A stretch of DNA of 63,594 nt, the filler included, from Octopus bimaculoides (lineage: Eukaryota): assembly GCF_001194135.2 (NCBI RefSeq). It is 5 parts of 4 records of this genome, joined end to end, with 100 filler letters (N's around TTAATTAATTAA, not from the genome) between each part and the next. Parts side by side here need not be neighbours in the genome. Positions count along the whole stretch, not along the records: positions 5,946 to 35,590 come from NC_068997.1; positions 35,691 to 45,013 come from NC_068983.1; 3 more parts are not named here. One strand, 5' to 3'. The first letter of the stretch is position 1. The number at the start of each line of letters is the position of its first letter. Under the pieces are notes generated by a model. It did no database searches, was not told the DNA's origin, and saw nothing but the letters and a program-made list of their open reading frames with translations. Shown one piece after another: positions 25,020 through 39,000 of this stretch. Both the position numbers and the translations under genes were made by a program.

Positions 25020-25560
25020 GTTGTTTTTTTCTTCTTAATAATAATTAAGCATAAAGCTGTGAAGTTATAGGCAAAGGTAAAATATGAAGTTGTGGCATTG
25101 ATGCTTTTCCCAAAGGCATTATTAGCAGAGTAAGTCATTCCAATTGAGAATCAAAATTGAATTTTGCTATGAACTTGATTCAGTTACTTACTCCTCTGTC
25201 AGCAAAATTATTCTTAAAATTGGCATGAAATAGGATGTTGTGGCCTTCATGGTTTTCTTTAGTGTCATAATAATTGCCTATAAGGGCAAGGAATTACAGG
25301 ATTATCGTGGAGAGAAGGAAATGGAAAGTTGTGGTTCTTAGTGGAGATGTAAGTAGAACTTGTCCAAAAATGTCTATGACTGTGTGTACCAGTTATATGC
25401 TAGGGGATTTTAATACTGAAATAGGTTAGATGTTTTAGATCTGTGTCTCGTTGTTTTAAATTCAATCCTGACTCATTTCTTAAATGGTAATTAGCTCTAG
25501 ATAATTAGTGACATAGATGTAGTTTTCCTCATTGACCATCAGAATCAGGAAATGTAAATC
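25020..25560 (+). mobile_element. Possible ancient LINE remnant (APE endonuclease region)
   Basis: TATATGCTAGGGGATTTTAATACTGAAATAGGT encodes YMLGDFNTEIG (GDFN motif) at about 25394-25426; the surrounding frames are broken. Confidence 0.3.
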
Positions 25561-28096
25561 AGTTTAATTTTGATCACTTTAACCCTTTTGTTACCATATT
25601 TCTGTTGAAATACTTTGCATTTGTGTCAAATTAATTTGGAAAATAACAAGGAATTTACTAAAATAACTTTGTCATTATTAAACTGAAGTTTAGAACATAA
25701 CATGAAATTTTGATGGAACATTTATCATGGAACCAGGGTTGGTCTCAAAAGGGTTAAAGTGAAATGAAATGGTTATAAGATGGAAGGAAAACCATGGGCC
25801 ATGATAATTGGTTTATTATGAGATTAGTTTGTGGTATTGAGCATGGGTTGAGTTCTAATAACATTCTAGATTAAAAGAGGCTTCATGTAGACAATATTGC
25901 CAACTCACTAAAAAATTTTAAATAAGACAAGTAAAAAAATATCTAAATGGACATTTCTATTGTTAGGAATCAACTCTAAAATGCAGTCCACTTTGGCAGA
26001 ATTTGTTTTGAAAAAAAAAAATTTTTTAAAATCAGTTCAAATATTTCTGGAAAACAAGAAATCAGAAAAAAAATATATAAGAAAAACAAACAAATAAAAC
26101 TTATGTTTCAAATAACATATTGTTGAATATCATACGATAAATTCCTCGATTTCTCTGCCTTGGACCCAAAACGGTAAGAGCAGTACATTGGTGAGAAAAA
26201 TATATTCTTTAAAAACATGGCGCAACATTTAAAAAATAGGGGCAGAATTAACTGTGGGTGAGTAGAACATTTAATAATTTTAACCAATGAGGAGGAAGGG
26301 GTGTTACTGTCTATAGTTGAGGGCATGGATGGAGGTTCTTGGATAGAAATTGTAAACAGTGAAGCAAAATAGAAATAAGTATGTGTATTTAAAGAATTGA
26401 AAGTTAGTGTTTGGTTTTGGAGTATAATGGAGACAGAATGTTTTAGGGAGTTGCAGAAAATAAGGAGGAAATAGGAAGAAAGAATACAGACGGAGTGCCA
26501 CCATAGTATGGCTAGGGGGTAAGTAAAAAAAAAAGGGGGCGAGGGGCTCACACTCACAGACATACCTATTAGCAAACCTCTACCTGTTTTATATCTGTTG
26601 AGCACTTTGTTCCTAAACTAATCTGTACACCTTTAGAAATTTATTACATATAAAAAAAAAATGCTAAAAATGTAGTTTTTATGTCATTATATCAACTTAA
26701 GTAAAATTAATTAACCTTCAATATAAATTGACTTTGTAGTGGAACCACGCTTATTTCTAATATTGGTACAAAACAGGCAGTTTTGTGAAGAGAGGGCTTA
26801 TCAATATAACTGACCCCAGTACAAACCTGGTATTTTGATTTTATTGACCCCTGAAAGGATGAACAACAAAGTTGAATCCAGAGTCTAAAGCATTGAAATA
26901 ATTACTACAGATTATTTTGTCCGATGCTTTAGCGGTTCCACCAACTCACCATTCTAATAGAACCAACAATACTGAGACATAAGACCAAAGTGTACAACAA
27001 CAATCCTTTCTTAAATTACTCCTATTTTTATAATTTCTTCTTCATTTACAGGCATTATCAGATGAAATAATAATCTCGCTTGGAAACCCAGTTTTGGTAG
27101 CTACAACATCAGCAAAACACCTTTTAGTATTGGTTGAAAACTAGAAAAATAGCTAGACTTTCTCCATGCTGTACTTTAGAAAGAAGAGCTAAGTTTCCAG
27201 GTTGAAAGTCGTTTACTTAATAGCACTAATTAATTATATGATGTAATAAGGCCCCATATATTGACTAAAATACAGTAAAAATGTCAAAATAAATGGACTN
27301 NNNNNNNNNNNNNNNNNNNNNNNNNNNNNNNNNNNNNNNNNNNNNNNNNNNNNNNNNNNNNNNNNNNNNNNNNNNNNNNNNNNNNNNNNNNNNNNNNNNN
27401 NNNNNNNNNNNNNNNNNNNNNNNNNNNNNNNNNNNNNNNNNNNNNNNNNNNNNNNNNNNNNNNNNNNNNNNNNNNNNNNNNNNNNNNNNNNNNNNNNNNN
27501 NNNNNNNNNNNNNNNNNNNNNNNNNNNNNNNNNNNNNNNNNNNNNNNNNNNNNNNNNNNNNNTGGACTTGGAAGCAAAAGCAGCAAGAACTACAAGATAA
27601 GCAGGTGACAATTTCTGAAGCAATAATGAAAGGTTTCTCTTGACTATGAACAACAAAAAAAAATCATTCCTTGAAGTGGAAGAAAGTGGCTGAAATGAAT
27701 GGATCCCAGTATGTTACTGTTATTTGACAAACAAAAACTAAAGAAGCAAAATCAATCTTGGAACATTTAAAGTCAGAATGAAGATGGTGGGGCAAAAAAA
27801 CTAAAATGCTGTAAAGAATTTAGTCTTATCTCTACTTCTTTTGTTGTTTCTTCATGTTTTTTTAGTTTAAATAATAATAATAATCTTTTCTACTATAGTC
27901 ACAAGGCCTGAAATTTTAGGGGAAGGGGCCAGTTGATTAGATCAACCCCAGGACTTAACTGATACTTAATCTATTGACCCTGAAAGGATGAAAGGCAAAG
28001 TCAACCTCGGTGGATTCTGAAGTCAGAACGTAGCGGCAGACGAAATACCGCAAAGCATTTCGCACGGTGTACTAACGATTCTGCTAGTTCGCCACC

Positions 28097-28133
<37 letters not shown>

Positions 28134-28468
28134 TAATAATAATGGTTTTACAATTAGATACAAGGCCACACATATTTAGTGGTGAAAAGGGTGAGATTGA
28201 GTGACATTCATGCATTTGGGTATTGGCAGCACAAGTGAAGAAATTTAAAAAAAAAATCCTTTCTACTAAAGGTACAAGGCCTGAAATTTTTGGGGAGGGG
28301 ATAGTCAATTATATTGACCCCAGTGAGTAACTGGTACTTAATTTATCGACCCTGAAAGGATAAAAGGCAAAGTCGACCTTGGCGGAATTTGAACTCAGAA
28401 TGTAGGGATGGGCGAAATACTGATAAGCATTTCGCCCGGTGTGCTAATGATTCTGCCAGCTCATCACC

Positions 28469-28500
<32 letters not shown>

Positions 28501-31500
28501 TACTGTTTCTAATGTTTGCACAAGGCTAGTGATGTAGGGGGGAGGGGGTTAGTTGATTAAATGCTTTCCCAGAATTTAGCTGGTCCTTTATTTTATCAAC
28601 TCCCAAAAGGATGAAAGGCAAAGGTGACCTTGGAAGGGATATTTGGAACTGAGAAGGTACAGAACCGCAACGAACGAAGAAAGATTTATAGATAAATTAT
28701 ATTTAATAATTTCTTTTATTTTGGAATATTCAGCCAAATAAATAAATAAATAAATAATAGCAAGTGACTTGATCCAAGACTGTCTCTTAAAACTGAAGCA
28801 ACTAAACCATGGAAGAGCCTATTAAGCAATTTTGTTGTTATATCTCTGTTGAAATACACTGCTGTAACCCTTTAAGTGCTCAAATTATTCTGGCAAATGT
28901 AAAGCTCATTTATTCATATTGCTTTCAATTAAGTATTGTCTCATAGCTTTGAGATTTCAATGATGTTATTGCCTATTTTTAGAATGACATTGTAGGGTTA
29001 GTATGAGAGGCTAGATCTGGCCCAGTTTGAACATAAAACAGGAGGTATATTTGGGCTGGATATGGCCAGTTTAAAGGCTAAAGGGTTAATAATGAAATAT
29101 AACCTTGTTCTTTTATTTATCTGATGTTTGGAAGAAATTAACACGAAATTTAAATGGAAGGTTTTAATTTGGATTACTTTAACCTGTTACTAGATTTCTT
29201 TTGAATTACATTGCTTTTCTTTCAATTTGTTTAAAAAGTAACGAAGAATTTAGTAAAATAACTTTTGTCATTAATAATCTGCTGTTTGGGACATAACACA
29301 AAATTTTGATGGAAGCTTTTAACCCATATATGCCCATAAAAAAAATGGAGTCTTAAAATTTCACTGTGTTTAGATTAAACATTATGGTAAGCTTTTACAA
29401 TCTGGAAGAGAAGGACAGTATGCAACTGTTAGCCATGGGTGTTGACTACCTACTGAACATTTCGTATGTTCAGTCAAATGCTTCCTGGCAAATTCATGTC
29501 CAAACAAGTAGGAGCAGATTCTACATTGCGAAAACGCAACCAGGGGGTATATATGGGTTAATTTATATCTATTTAAAACAAGAAGTTAGTATTGTAGAAC
29601 TAGAACAGTTTCAGAGATGTTACTATCAAAAGGGTTAATAACATGGAAAGATGAAGTTAAATTCACTTTAAATTTATTTCATGAGAGGTCAAAACCCTCA
29701 TTACACAACTGTGAACCTGGTCAGTTTACTGACACACTTACCCCACAAGTGTATGATGAAAATCTTAGCACCTCATTTAAATAAATTCAAATTTGAAGAG
29801 AACTTAACATTTTCATGCGTTATTTAATGGTTCTTCCATGACACTTTTGCTTCAAAATATGGAAATATCAATTTACTGATAAATGTCATAAGATATTTCA
29901 TATTATTAAATTTATTTATTTCTTCTTATATTATCCAAATTATATATCTTAACTGTTTTTTAAAAAATTTACTGTTGCATAATTGAGATTTATTTAACCA
30001 AGGATGTCAATCTGCTTACATTGAGTTGGTACAATATATATTTTTTACCAAAATCCTTTAGAAATAGAACTTCGTATAATTATAATTAAATCTTTCATTA
30101 CTATATTTCTGGTGAAATACACCATCTTCGCCTTAATTAATTTAAAAGATAAAAAGAACTTTTCAAACAGCTTTCTCGTTAATAGTGTTTTGAATATAAA
30201 TTAACATTGAATTTTAATTGATGGTTCTAATTTAGATCACTTTAACACAGGAAGTTGTTGCCATGGAACCAGGTTGGTGGGAGTTTTCAGGTGGGTTAGT
30301 ATAAAAAGGGTTAAGATAACCTGATTAGTTAGAAATGAGGGTTCCATAGGTATTACTTGTTTTATAAATGGCTGAACAAATCTTCTCATTGCAGATTATT
30401 ATCTATACAAGGATTATTGGCAAGGAAACCTAAGATAAGATTAAAGGAATGTAATCTAAGTAAGATATTCACTTTAGACATATGTGTGTGTATATACACA
30501 TACATATATATACATATAAGTATATATATATTATATATATATAAATGTTTATTTAAATTTTAAGTTTGCTTTTCTCATTTATTTTTTTATCTTTCTCTCT
30601 AAAGATCTTGGAAATTTTTTTTTTAGATAATCCTGTGAGATTAGCCAAATTCCAACAATAGAGTTTTTTTATTTTAAAACTACTCTTATATTTCTAGAAG
30701 TATTAAGTCTAAGAATGGTAATGCAAATAGTTTCAGAATTTGTAATGTAGAAACTAGTGATGCTATATTTTGGGCATTCATAGAATTACTATAAAACTAA
30801 GAATGGTAATGCAAGTTGTTTTGGAATTTGTATAGTTAGAAAGTAGTGTTGCAAGAAATATATTATAATTATCACTCTGTATGTCTTACTTAACATGGAT
30901 ATGCTGTAGAAAGTCACAAAACTGAAGAATTTGTCTTGAGAAAGCAACTTATGTAGATACATATGTATAGTGCTAAAAAGCACAGAAGTATCATTAGCAG
31001 ACAGAAACTGCTCAACAGTGGTGAACGATTTTTGTTTCCAACTGTTTTCTTTTTAGCACTATGTCTGTATGAGATTCTTTCTTGAGACAAATACCACAGT
31101 TTTGTGACTTTCTACAGTGTATCTATATTAAGTAAACTATACAGAATGATATTTTGAAATAATACTGATTCCATCATTAATAATGAATATTATAATCAAA
31201 TATATACTAAATAATCACTAACAATCACATGTAACTTCATTGTTAAAATTTTTTATTATATTTTGTTATATTTTATTTGAGCATCTCTGGGTTGGTATTG
31301 GCTTGGAATAGAGAATGCTAAATACTGATGTCTTAGACTGGCAGGAGGACGTATATTCATTTGGGGATGGCTGTTGTGAATTGAAATTAATTTAATATAT
31401 GAGCGGTGTTCATTTTCTCAATCTCAGACACATGGAAGGAAATAAGAGAATTAAAAAAAAAAAAACTGCCCTGGCAGGATTTGAACTCAGAATCTGGAAG

Positions 31501-32831
31501 AATGTGAGTATAATAAATATGTGAAGGCATTTTGATTTTAAGTCAACTTTGTTCTACACAGAAGAATGGAAATAATTCTAAATCTTTCTAATATAAGCAC
31601 AAGGCCTGAAATTTGTCGGTGGGGTGGGAGGGTAAGTTAATTACATTGACGCCCAGTAAATATCTGGTATTTCATTTTATTGACCCTGAAAGGATAAAAA
31701 GTGAAGTTGACTTCGGTGGGATTTGAGCTCAGAAATGTAAAGAACCAGAAGAAATGTTGCAAAGTACTTTTGTCTGACATCCTAATGATTCTGCTAGCTC
31801 TCTGCCTTCAGGTGTGGAAATAATTAATAAGTAAATGAAATTTGGAAATAATTGGGGTTTTTTTTAAATTCTGTTTTTTAAGTTTAGAAATATACAAATG
31901 TCACCTTCATAATGGAGGGAGTCATGAGAAGAAAACACACACAAAAAAAAACCCCTGCAAACAAAAACACACATACACCAGAAGAAAAAAAAAAATAAAA
32001 GGAAGCGGAAAAATAGTCACATGATATTTAGTTTGGTGAAAGCGTTTTATAGAGTTCTTAAATAAGAAAAGATTAATATCCAATTTTTTTTTTCTGCAGC
32101 AGGAATTGAAAATGCCTTTGTCTGTTTTGTATTCTTTTAGTACAGGAACATTTGGAACACGNNNNNNNNNNNNNNNNNNNNNNNNNNNNNNNNNNNNNNN
32201 NNNNNNNNNNNNNNNNNNNNNNNNNNNNNNNNNNNNNNNNNNNNNNNNNNNNNNNNNNNNNNNNNNNNNNNNNNNNNNNNNNNNNNNNNNNNNNNNNNNN
32301 NNNNNNNNNNNNNNNNNNNNNNNNNNNNNNNNNNNNNNNNNNNNNNNNNNNNNNNNNNNNNNNNNNNNNNNNNNNNNNNNNNNNNNNNNNNNNNNNNNNN
32401 NNNNNNNNNNNNNNNNNNNNAGTGACATCAATTAGCCGACATTGATAATGGTGATAATGTAGTGTTTGATGGAAGTGATAACGGTATATTTTATTTTATT
32501 CATTTATGTTTTTTTTTTTTTGAAGATCCATTTCGGTGATCTTCGTGGTTTTATGTAATTGAATCTAAAATTTCATATGGTGTGTGGAAAAAAAAAAAAA
32601 AAAAATTACGGTTTGGACCCTTTCTGACAGGCTTCTTGCAGTTACAACACTTGCACAAACAAAAGCTCTGGTTTAACAGTGAAAAAATGTAAAAAGTTTT
32701 TGGTCATGCTAAACTCTCTGTAAGGGCTTTCTCCACCATCACCAGTGAACTGTCTCTGATAAACCATTTCGGTTCCACAGAAGGAACTAGTAATTCCTTA
32801 TTTACTCTATTAATACTGTACAAATTTCGAT

Positions 32832-32844
32832 TTATGTCTGCATT
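32832..32844 (-). CDS. RASGEF1B: RASGEF1B-like probable terminal coding exon (K-MQT-stop), followed by 3'UTR
   Basis: Very strong acceptor (tttctttttcttttcctttcag at 32845). Phase 2 gives AA+A ATG CAG ACA TAA, a C-terminal length comparable with vertebrate RASGEF1B. Confidence 0.62.
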
Positions 32845-33567
32845 CTGAAAGGAAAAGAAAAAGAAACATTTTAATATCTTTAATAAAATCTAAAGAATGT
32901 TAGATTGTAACTAACAAAAATACTAGAGAAGGAACCAAAGGGGATAATACTTCCACTTCACTCTTTTCTATTCCAGGCACAAGGTCTGAAATTTGGGGGG
33001 AGGGGCCAGTCCATTAAATTGACCCCAGTACATGACTGGTACTTAATTTATTGACCCTCGAAAGGATAAAAAGGTAAAGACGACCTTGGTGGATTTTGAA
33101 CTCAGAACGTAAAGACAGACAAAATATTGCTAAGCATTTCACCTGGTGTGCTAACGATTCTGCCAGCTCGCTGCCTCACCACTTTGATTATTGAGATAAC
33201 TCTTCTCCCTATTAAATATTCTGAACACAAACAACAACAACAACAACAACCATCACCACCACCGCTGCTGCCACACACATACCACCCGGGTACTTTTCTT
33301 GGGTTATTATTCCAGACAATCAAGAGGTGAGCTGGCAGAATTGTTAGCATGTCAGACAAAATGTTTAGTGGCATTTCTTCTGACTCTTCATGTTCCGAGT
33401 TCAAATTCCGCTGTTTAACGATATTTCTTTCGGAGTTCGAATTTTGCTGAGGTCACCTTTACCTTTCATCTTTTTGGGGTTGCTGTAATCAACTAACTTC
33501 CTCTCACCAAAATTGTTGGCGCAATGCCAAAATTAGAAAGAATAATTATTATCATTCTTTTACTTAC

Positions 33568-33667
33568 TTCATCTGTTTGTGTCTTCCTTTGTCTGCCAAT
33601 TGCTTGTATTTCTCTTTTTCATGACTTGTTTCTGGTCCTTCACATTCAAATGATGCCAAAAGAAGAG
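33568..33667 (-). CDS. RASGEF1B: RASGEF1B-like exon (ALLLASFECEGPETSHEKEKYKQLADKGRHKQM+AA)
   Basis: Acceptor tttatttgactttcag, donor GAA|GTAAGT, 100 nt, phase 1/2. Matches ALYLASYESEGPENHIEKDRWKSL. Confidence 0.92.
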
Positions 33668-34188
33668 CTGAAAGTCAAATAAACACATAAATAAATTTAT
33701 ATGCAAAGAAAATAAATGAATAAGGAAATCTATGGCAGGCATGTAAAAAGCACCAACCGAATGTGGCCAATACCAGTACCCAACAGATTGGTTCTCGTAT
33801 CAGTGGCACGTAAAAAGCACCATCCAAACGTGGCTGATTCCAGGTCTGCCTGACTGGCTCCTGTGCCGGTGCCATGTAAAAAGCACCCACAACATTCTGG
33901 TTGGCATTAGGAAGGGCATCCAGCTGTAGAAACCTTGCCAGATCAGATTGGAGCCTGGAGCAGCCACTGGCTCTCCAGACCTCAGTTGTCAAGCCGTCTA
34001 ACCCATGTCAGCATGGAAAATGGATGTTAATTGATGATGATGATGATAAAAACAAGAGAATATACAAAGCTGATATGGAGCAGGTAATGTAGATAAGCAT
34101 AATTAGGCTTCACACGCACACACAGACACACACACGCACACACACTCATGGGTGCCCAAGCAGATGTAGATATTTATGTAAAACTTAC

Positions 34189-34255
34189 CCGTTTCAGAGT
34201 AGATTGGGGTGGTAAGAATATAACTAAGGATGTCGGTTTTCTTTGCGTATGGACA
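34189..34255 (-). CDS. RASGEF1B: RASGEF1B-like exon (CPYAKKTDILSYILTTPIYSET+G)
   Basis: Acceptor tttccatttcag, donor CGG|GTAAGT, 67 nt, phase 0/1. Matches CPFERDxxILQYLLTVPVFSE. Confidence 0.92.
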
Positions 34256-34560
34256 CTGAAATGGAAATTATAGGAAATGACAAGAAAAACCCCACAAAAA
34301 ACAAGTCTACAGAAATTTCTCCCAAATCTATTAATATAATTGGCAGTGTATCTCTTTCTATGTTTGTCCATCTCACTGATATGCACATCAAAGGTAATTA
34401 GCTGCTGTGATACTTTCACTATGTTAGTGTTTTAACAAAACACTGAGAAGTCATTTACTTAGTTGAATATTGAGTAGAATGTTATATTAAACTTCTGGCA
34501 TTTGCATGTCTATTTTTAAACATATCGCATGTAATAGTTGCTAAAAATATAAACACTTAC

Positions 34561-34617
34561 CTCAACTTTCTGCCATGAAACAAATTCAGACAATCTTTTA
34601 GCCAATAACCAGAATTT
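34561..34617 (-). CDS. RASGEF1B: RasGEF domain-containing family member 1B-like, internal exon (KFWLLAKRLSEFVSWQKVE)
   Basis: Acceptor tttactttattttacag, donor GAG|GTAAGT, 57 nt. Matches the RASGEF1 C-terminal motif KFWELAKQVSEFxxWKQVE as I recall it. Confidence 0.92.
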
Positions 34618-35059
34618 CTGTAAAATAAAGTAAAATACAGAGATTATTAGTCAGAATTAAGATTGTGAACCCCCTAGCTTTCTCTACAACACAGAACTGC
34701 ATTGATTAGCTTGTCTTCAAATGCACTTGCTATTTCAAGCCCACTACATATTCTATCAGTCTCTTAGACTGAACTGCTAAGTTGTAAAGATATAAGCACA
34801 CACACACACACGAACACACAATTTGTTTGTAGTGATCAAATGTTTGTGTTGCATACAAGCTCACTCCATCCATAAAATCGATGACATTACCTGTACAGGT
34901 GCATAAGTGTGTCACACATCAGGTGTTGAAGTAATTTCGGGGCAATGTGAAATAAAGTGTCTTGCTCAAGAACGCAATGCATCACCCAGCCTGGGAATCA
35001 AGGTTATAATTGCGCAATCATTAGTGTAACATCCTAACCACAAAGTCATCATGCATCTC

Positions 35060-35091
<32 letters not shown>

Positions 35092-35558
35092 TTGTGTGTC
35101 TGTGTTTGTCCCCCCAACATCGCTTGACGACTGATGGTGGTGTGTTTACGTCCCCGTAACTTAACGGTTCGGCAAAAAATGTAGATAGAATAAATACTAG
35201 GCTTACAAAGAATAAGTCCTGGGGTTGATTTGCTCAACTAAAGATGGTGCTCCAGCATGGCCACAGTTAAATGACTGGAACAAGTAAAAGAATATAAACC
35301 TATCTATGCATCTATCTATCTTTCTCTCTCTTTATATATATATATATCTACACATCTATATTTTATTAGTCATTAAATGATAAATCGAAATAAGAGAATA
35401 TGTTTTTTTGTTCATTTAATCCATTTCAGTAGAGGTTGCTGCAAGCAATCAATTATTGAATATTTTTTGGGGGTCTTAGATTTTCTATGGGTAACCATTA
35501 GTTTGTTAAAAGATGGCAGCAAATGCCAGGGGCTGAGAGGAGAACATTCTAGGATTGA

Positions 35559-35590
<32 letters not shown>

Positions 35591-35690
35591 NNNNNNNNNN
35601 NNNNNNNNNNNNNNNNNNNNNNNNNNNNNNNNNNTTAATTAATTAANNNNNNNNNNNNNNNNNNNNNNNNNNNNNNNNNNNNNNNNNNNN

Positions 35691-36070
35691 GTAGCTTATA
35701 ACTGGGACAGCTAAAGTGTTGATACCCATTATCTTGTTTTTAGCATTGAGCTCTGTTTTTAGTATTGATCTAACTCGTCGATAGTACTCTTTCTTTATTT
35801 TTTCTTTCATTTGTGTATGTTGTATCCTATCTAGTTCATTGACTCCTAAATACTTATATGGTTGGCTTTCGTCTAGTTCTCTTATTTCATTGGCTTTATC
35901 TAGTGTTATATTGCTACTTTTAACTAATTTTCCTCTTTTCAGGGTTGCTTTGGCACATTTTTCTAATCCGAATTTCATTTCTATTTCCTTGCTAAAGCCG
36001 TGTACTGTCTGTAGTAGTGTTTCTAGCTCTTTGTCGTTTTTTGCATATAATTTTAGGTCATCCATATATA
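35691..36070 (-). mobile_element. R4/Dong-clade non-LTR retrotransposon, reverse transcriptase fragment
   Basis: LLYMDDLKLYAKN...FGLEKCAK...YKYLGV...ILKTELNAKNKIMGINTLAVPVISY; open frame running into a gap. Confidence 0.92.
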
Positions 36071-39000
36071 GAAGGTTACGGCAAATACGGGACACAACTG
36101 GATATATTTTTGCTTTCTTGTGAATACTCTGGGAAAGGTAGTCGTCTCACATTTGAGCGAAAATATATCTAATAACTAAACGAGAAATGTAGAAATCTTG
36201 TTTCATGAAATTATTCTGAGACACAATGTACATGATAAATTTCGTGGAAATGCGTATCAGCCTATTTAATGCTTGCATTTCTATGTTTTCTCCGTCGGTT
36301 TTCTTGATGGAGCTTAGTCGTTTCATAAGCAAAATTAATTGGTCGTTCACTTGTAAGTGACTAAGGACTCCGCTGAAACGCGTGTTCATAACGTAATTCT
36401 CAGGAATAATCAGTGTTACAGAGTGAGTGACAGAGAAATCCAGCCAACGGACTACTACAAAGCTTCTGTGTAGCCAATTTTACTCACAAGTAATGGCTCA
36501 ACTCGAGGCTACAGAAAAATTATATTTGCGCAAAGGTGACACAATGAGATTTAATTCAAGTCCACGTAGTTGTGGGTCGACTCTCTATACCATTCTAGCA
36601 TTGTAGGACTATGCAAAATTTGCTATAATAAAATATCCAGCGCGAATTCTACTGAATTGAGTATGCACAATTAATGAGTACTCTCACCATGATTTGCTGA
36701 AGCCGTTTACATCTTTACATATATATTAGTTTAGTACACTACAACGAAAAATAACCTTTGGATTGGCTTGTGATACATCAGTTTCCAGGCAACAACTGCG
36801 AAATCACTCAGACATTAGAAATGAATAGTGTCGATTATCTTGATATACAAATTTAAAGACACATGAGACAAATAATTTCCTAGAATCCGTGTATTGAACG
36901 GGGATTCCTGAGACTTGTATATTCATGAATAAGTCCAGTGATTCAGTCTCAGTAGAGAATCAGAAGTACATTGACATCTCGACTTTTCAGAGGCTTAACA
37001 TTTGCTCTGCAAGCTTCAACATAAACATGACGGGCTTCTTTCAGTTTCCGTCTACAAAATCTACTCGCAATTTTCAGTAGGCTCAGGTCTATAGAGTAAG
37101 GCACTTGCCCAATACGCTTAGCAGTGGAAATGAAGTCAAAGCCAAATGGCTCAGAAACAAGCTTTTTACCACATCGACGCCCGCAGCTGTACAGGTATAT
37201 TTTTGTTTTTATTTTTTAGGATTAAATACTCTGTAATTCATGGAAAGCGGTATTAGAAGATTTTTATTCAAATATTTCCAGAGCGTATCAGTAGATGTAA
37301 AGAAACAGAATGCCTTCAACATGGAAATAAACCATCATCCCGATTCCATACTGTTAAACAATTACTTTTCTTTTTTCTTTCACTTTTGTCAAAATCAATG
37401 CAAAAATTGTATAACGATCCCAACATAGATATGTAACTTTTATAAATTGTCAAGGTCTTCTAATTAGATATAACGTTGATTGTTGTACCAAAGATCCACA
37501 AAGCATTATAGATTCGAAGTAGATGAGTAATACTTCAAGTTTATTAAGCTAAATCTATTTGTAACGTTGATTTTTAACTCTTTCTCGAAGTCAGCCATTA
37601 TACCAGATAATCGAACTAATTAAAACCAGCACTGATCTAATCTCCCCTCCCTGTGGAATAAACTGAAAATAAAATCGTTTCTTTTTTTTATAATCCACGT
37701 TTCATTTAGAAAGGTACTTAAAGTCCACGAAGAATCCTACGCGATATTTGGATCTGCTAGAGATAGCAACCAAATCTCTTCCACATTGCATCTGGAATAA
37801 AGAATAGGGCTTGAAAAATACATATGACCATAGCTTTGATCGCAGTTTTATTGTTCGGACCACTATCGGTCTATCTGCAATATTAATAATACTTATTCTT
37901 ACACCTTTAAATGACGTACTACAGATATGACTCAATCAAGTTTTGAACATTGACTATAAAGAAACTAATCTTGATTTGAGAATCTAAAGTGTCTGCAAAC
38001 ATACCATCCTCATATTGTGAAATATCAAGAGGAAAAACATTAGAAAATAGCGAAAATAGTATTACAGAATATATTATTGACTGTCATAACACAAATTCTG
38101 TCGAGAGGTTGTTACCATAACAGAGAAACAACGGATATATCTAATAAGAACAAAAATATAATAAAACAAAATTGATAGTATTATACAGCACTTTCTTTCC
38201 TAAATGGAATTACAGCAGAAGACCCCAAGCGTTCGGTTTATATAACCAAAGACACACCACATTATTGTCGCTTATCATTTATGCTACCAACTACAGTATG
38301 TTTATTTTACCATTGTTGTTGAGATTTTCTTCTGATTTCTTCTGTTATACGCTAATTTGTTGTATTTTTGTTGTCTATCTTCAATAATGTTTACTTGTGA
38401 AACACCCTCAGGCTATTCTGTAGGATTTTCAGTTTTATTGCATTCCTAAGTATTTTAGATTCCTTTATAAACAAATTTGCCTGTAGATTTTAAGTATTCT
38501 ATGTTTTAAACAGTAACAAAAAGGAATTTAAAAGAAGACGATAATTAAAATATAAAAGTACGAAATACTGAATTTGGCTAAACACGAAAATTCTATTGTT
38601 GCATATTATACATGGGAATTGACAAAGGAATGTTATAAAAATTGTTTTTTGTTTAATTCGAGAATTTATATATTAATTTATTCAATCGAATTAAATGTGA
38701 ACCTATTTCTAGCTGTTGTTGATGTTATTGTCGGTATTCAGAATTGGTTTTAAACCTTGTTTTGTTTCATTAAAGTAACAATAATGAAATATTCTTCGGT
38801 GATAATGAATGAATATTAATGAGATCAAGTGAAGATTAAGAATCGTATCTCTCGAAACGAAATCTAGTGTACACGCACAAACAGGATTATACATCACAAA
38901 ACTTGATTGAAAAGCAATTTTATCAGTTTTGCATCGAGATATTCACACTTCAGAATTTTAAGATTTTATACCAGAAATCCATGTTAATAGGTTCGAAATT

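Noticed and set aside
26108-26605. 165-aa minus-strand ORF
   Set aside because: Low-complexity F/S/L composition from a purine-rich opposite strand; probably old repeat sequence.
27050-27145. Exon-like segment: plus strand ALSDEIIISLGNPVLVATTSAKHLLVLVEN-stop after a good acceptor; the minus strand is also open with AG/GT
   Set aside because: Cannot be linked to any gene or family; both strands are equally plausible, so there is no support for either.
37400-38300. Possible RT-like remnant (ADRPIV, GIMADFEKEL)
   Set aside because: Motifs are too short and scattered to assign.
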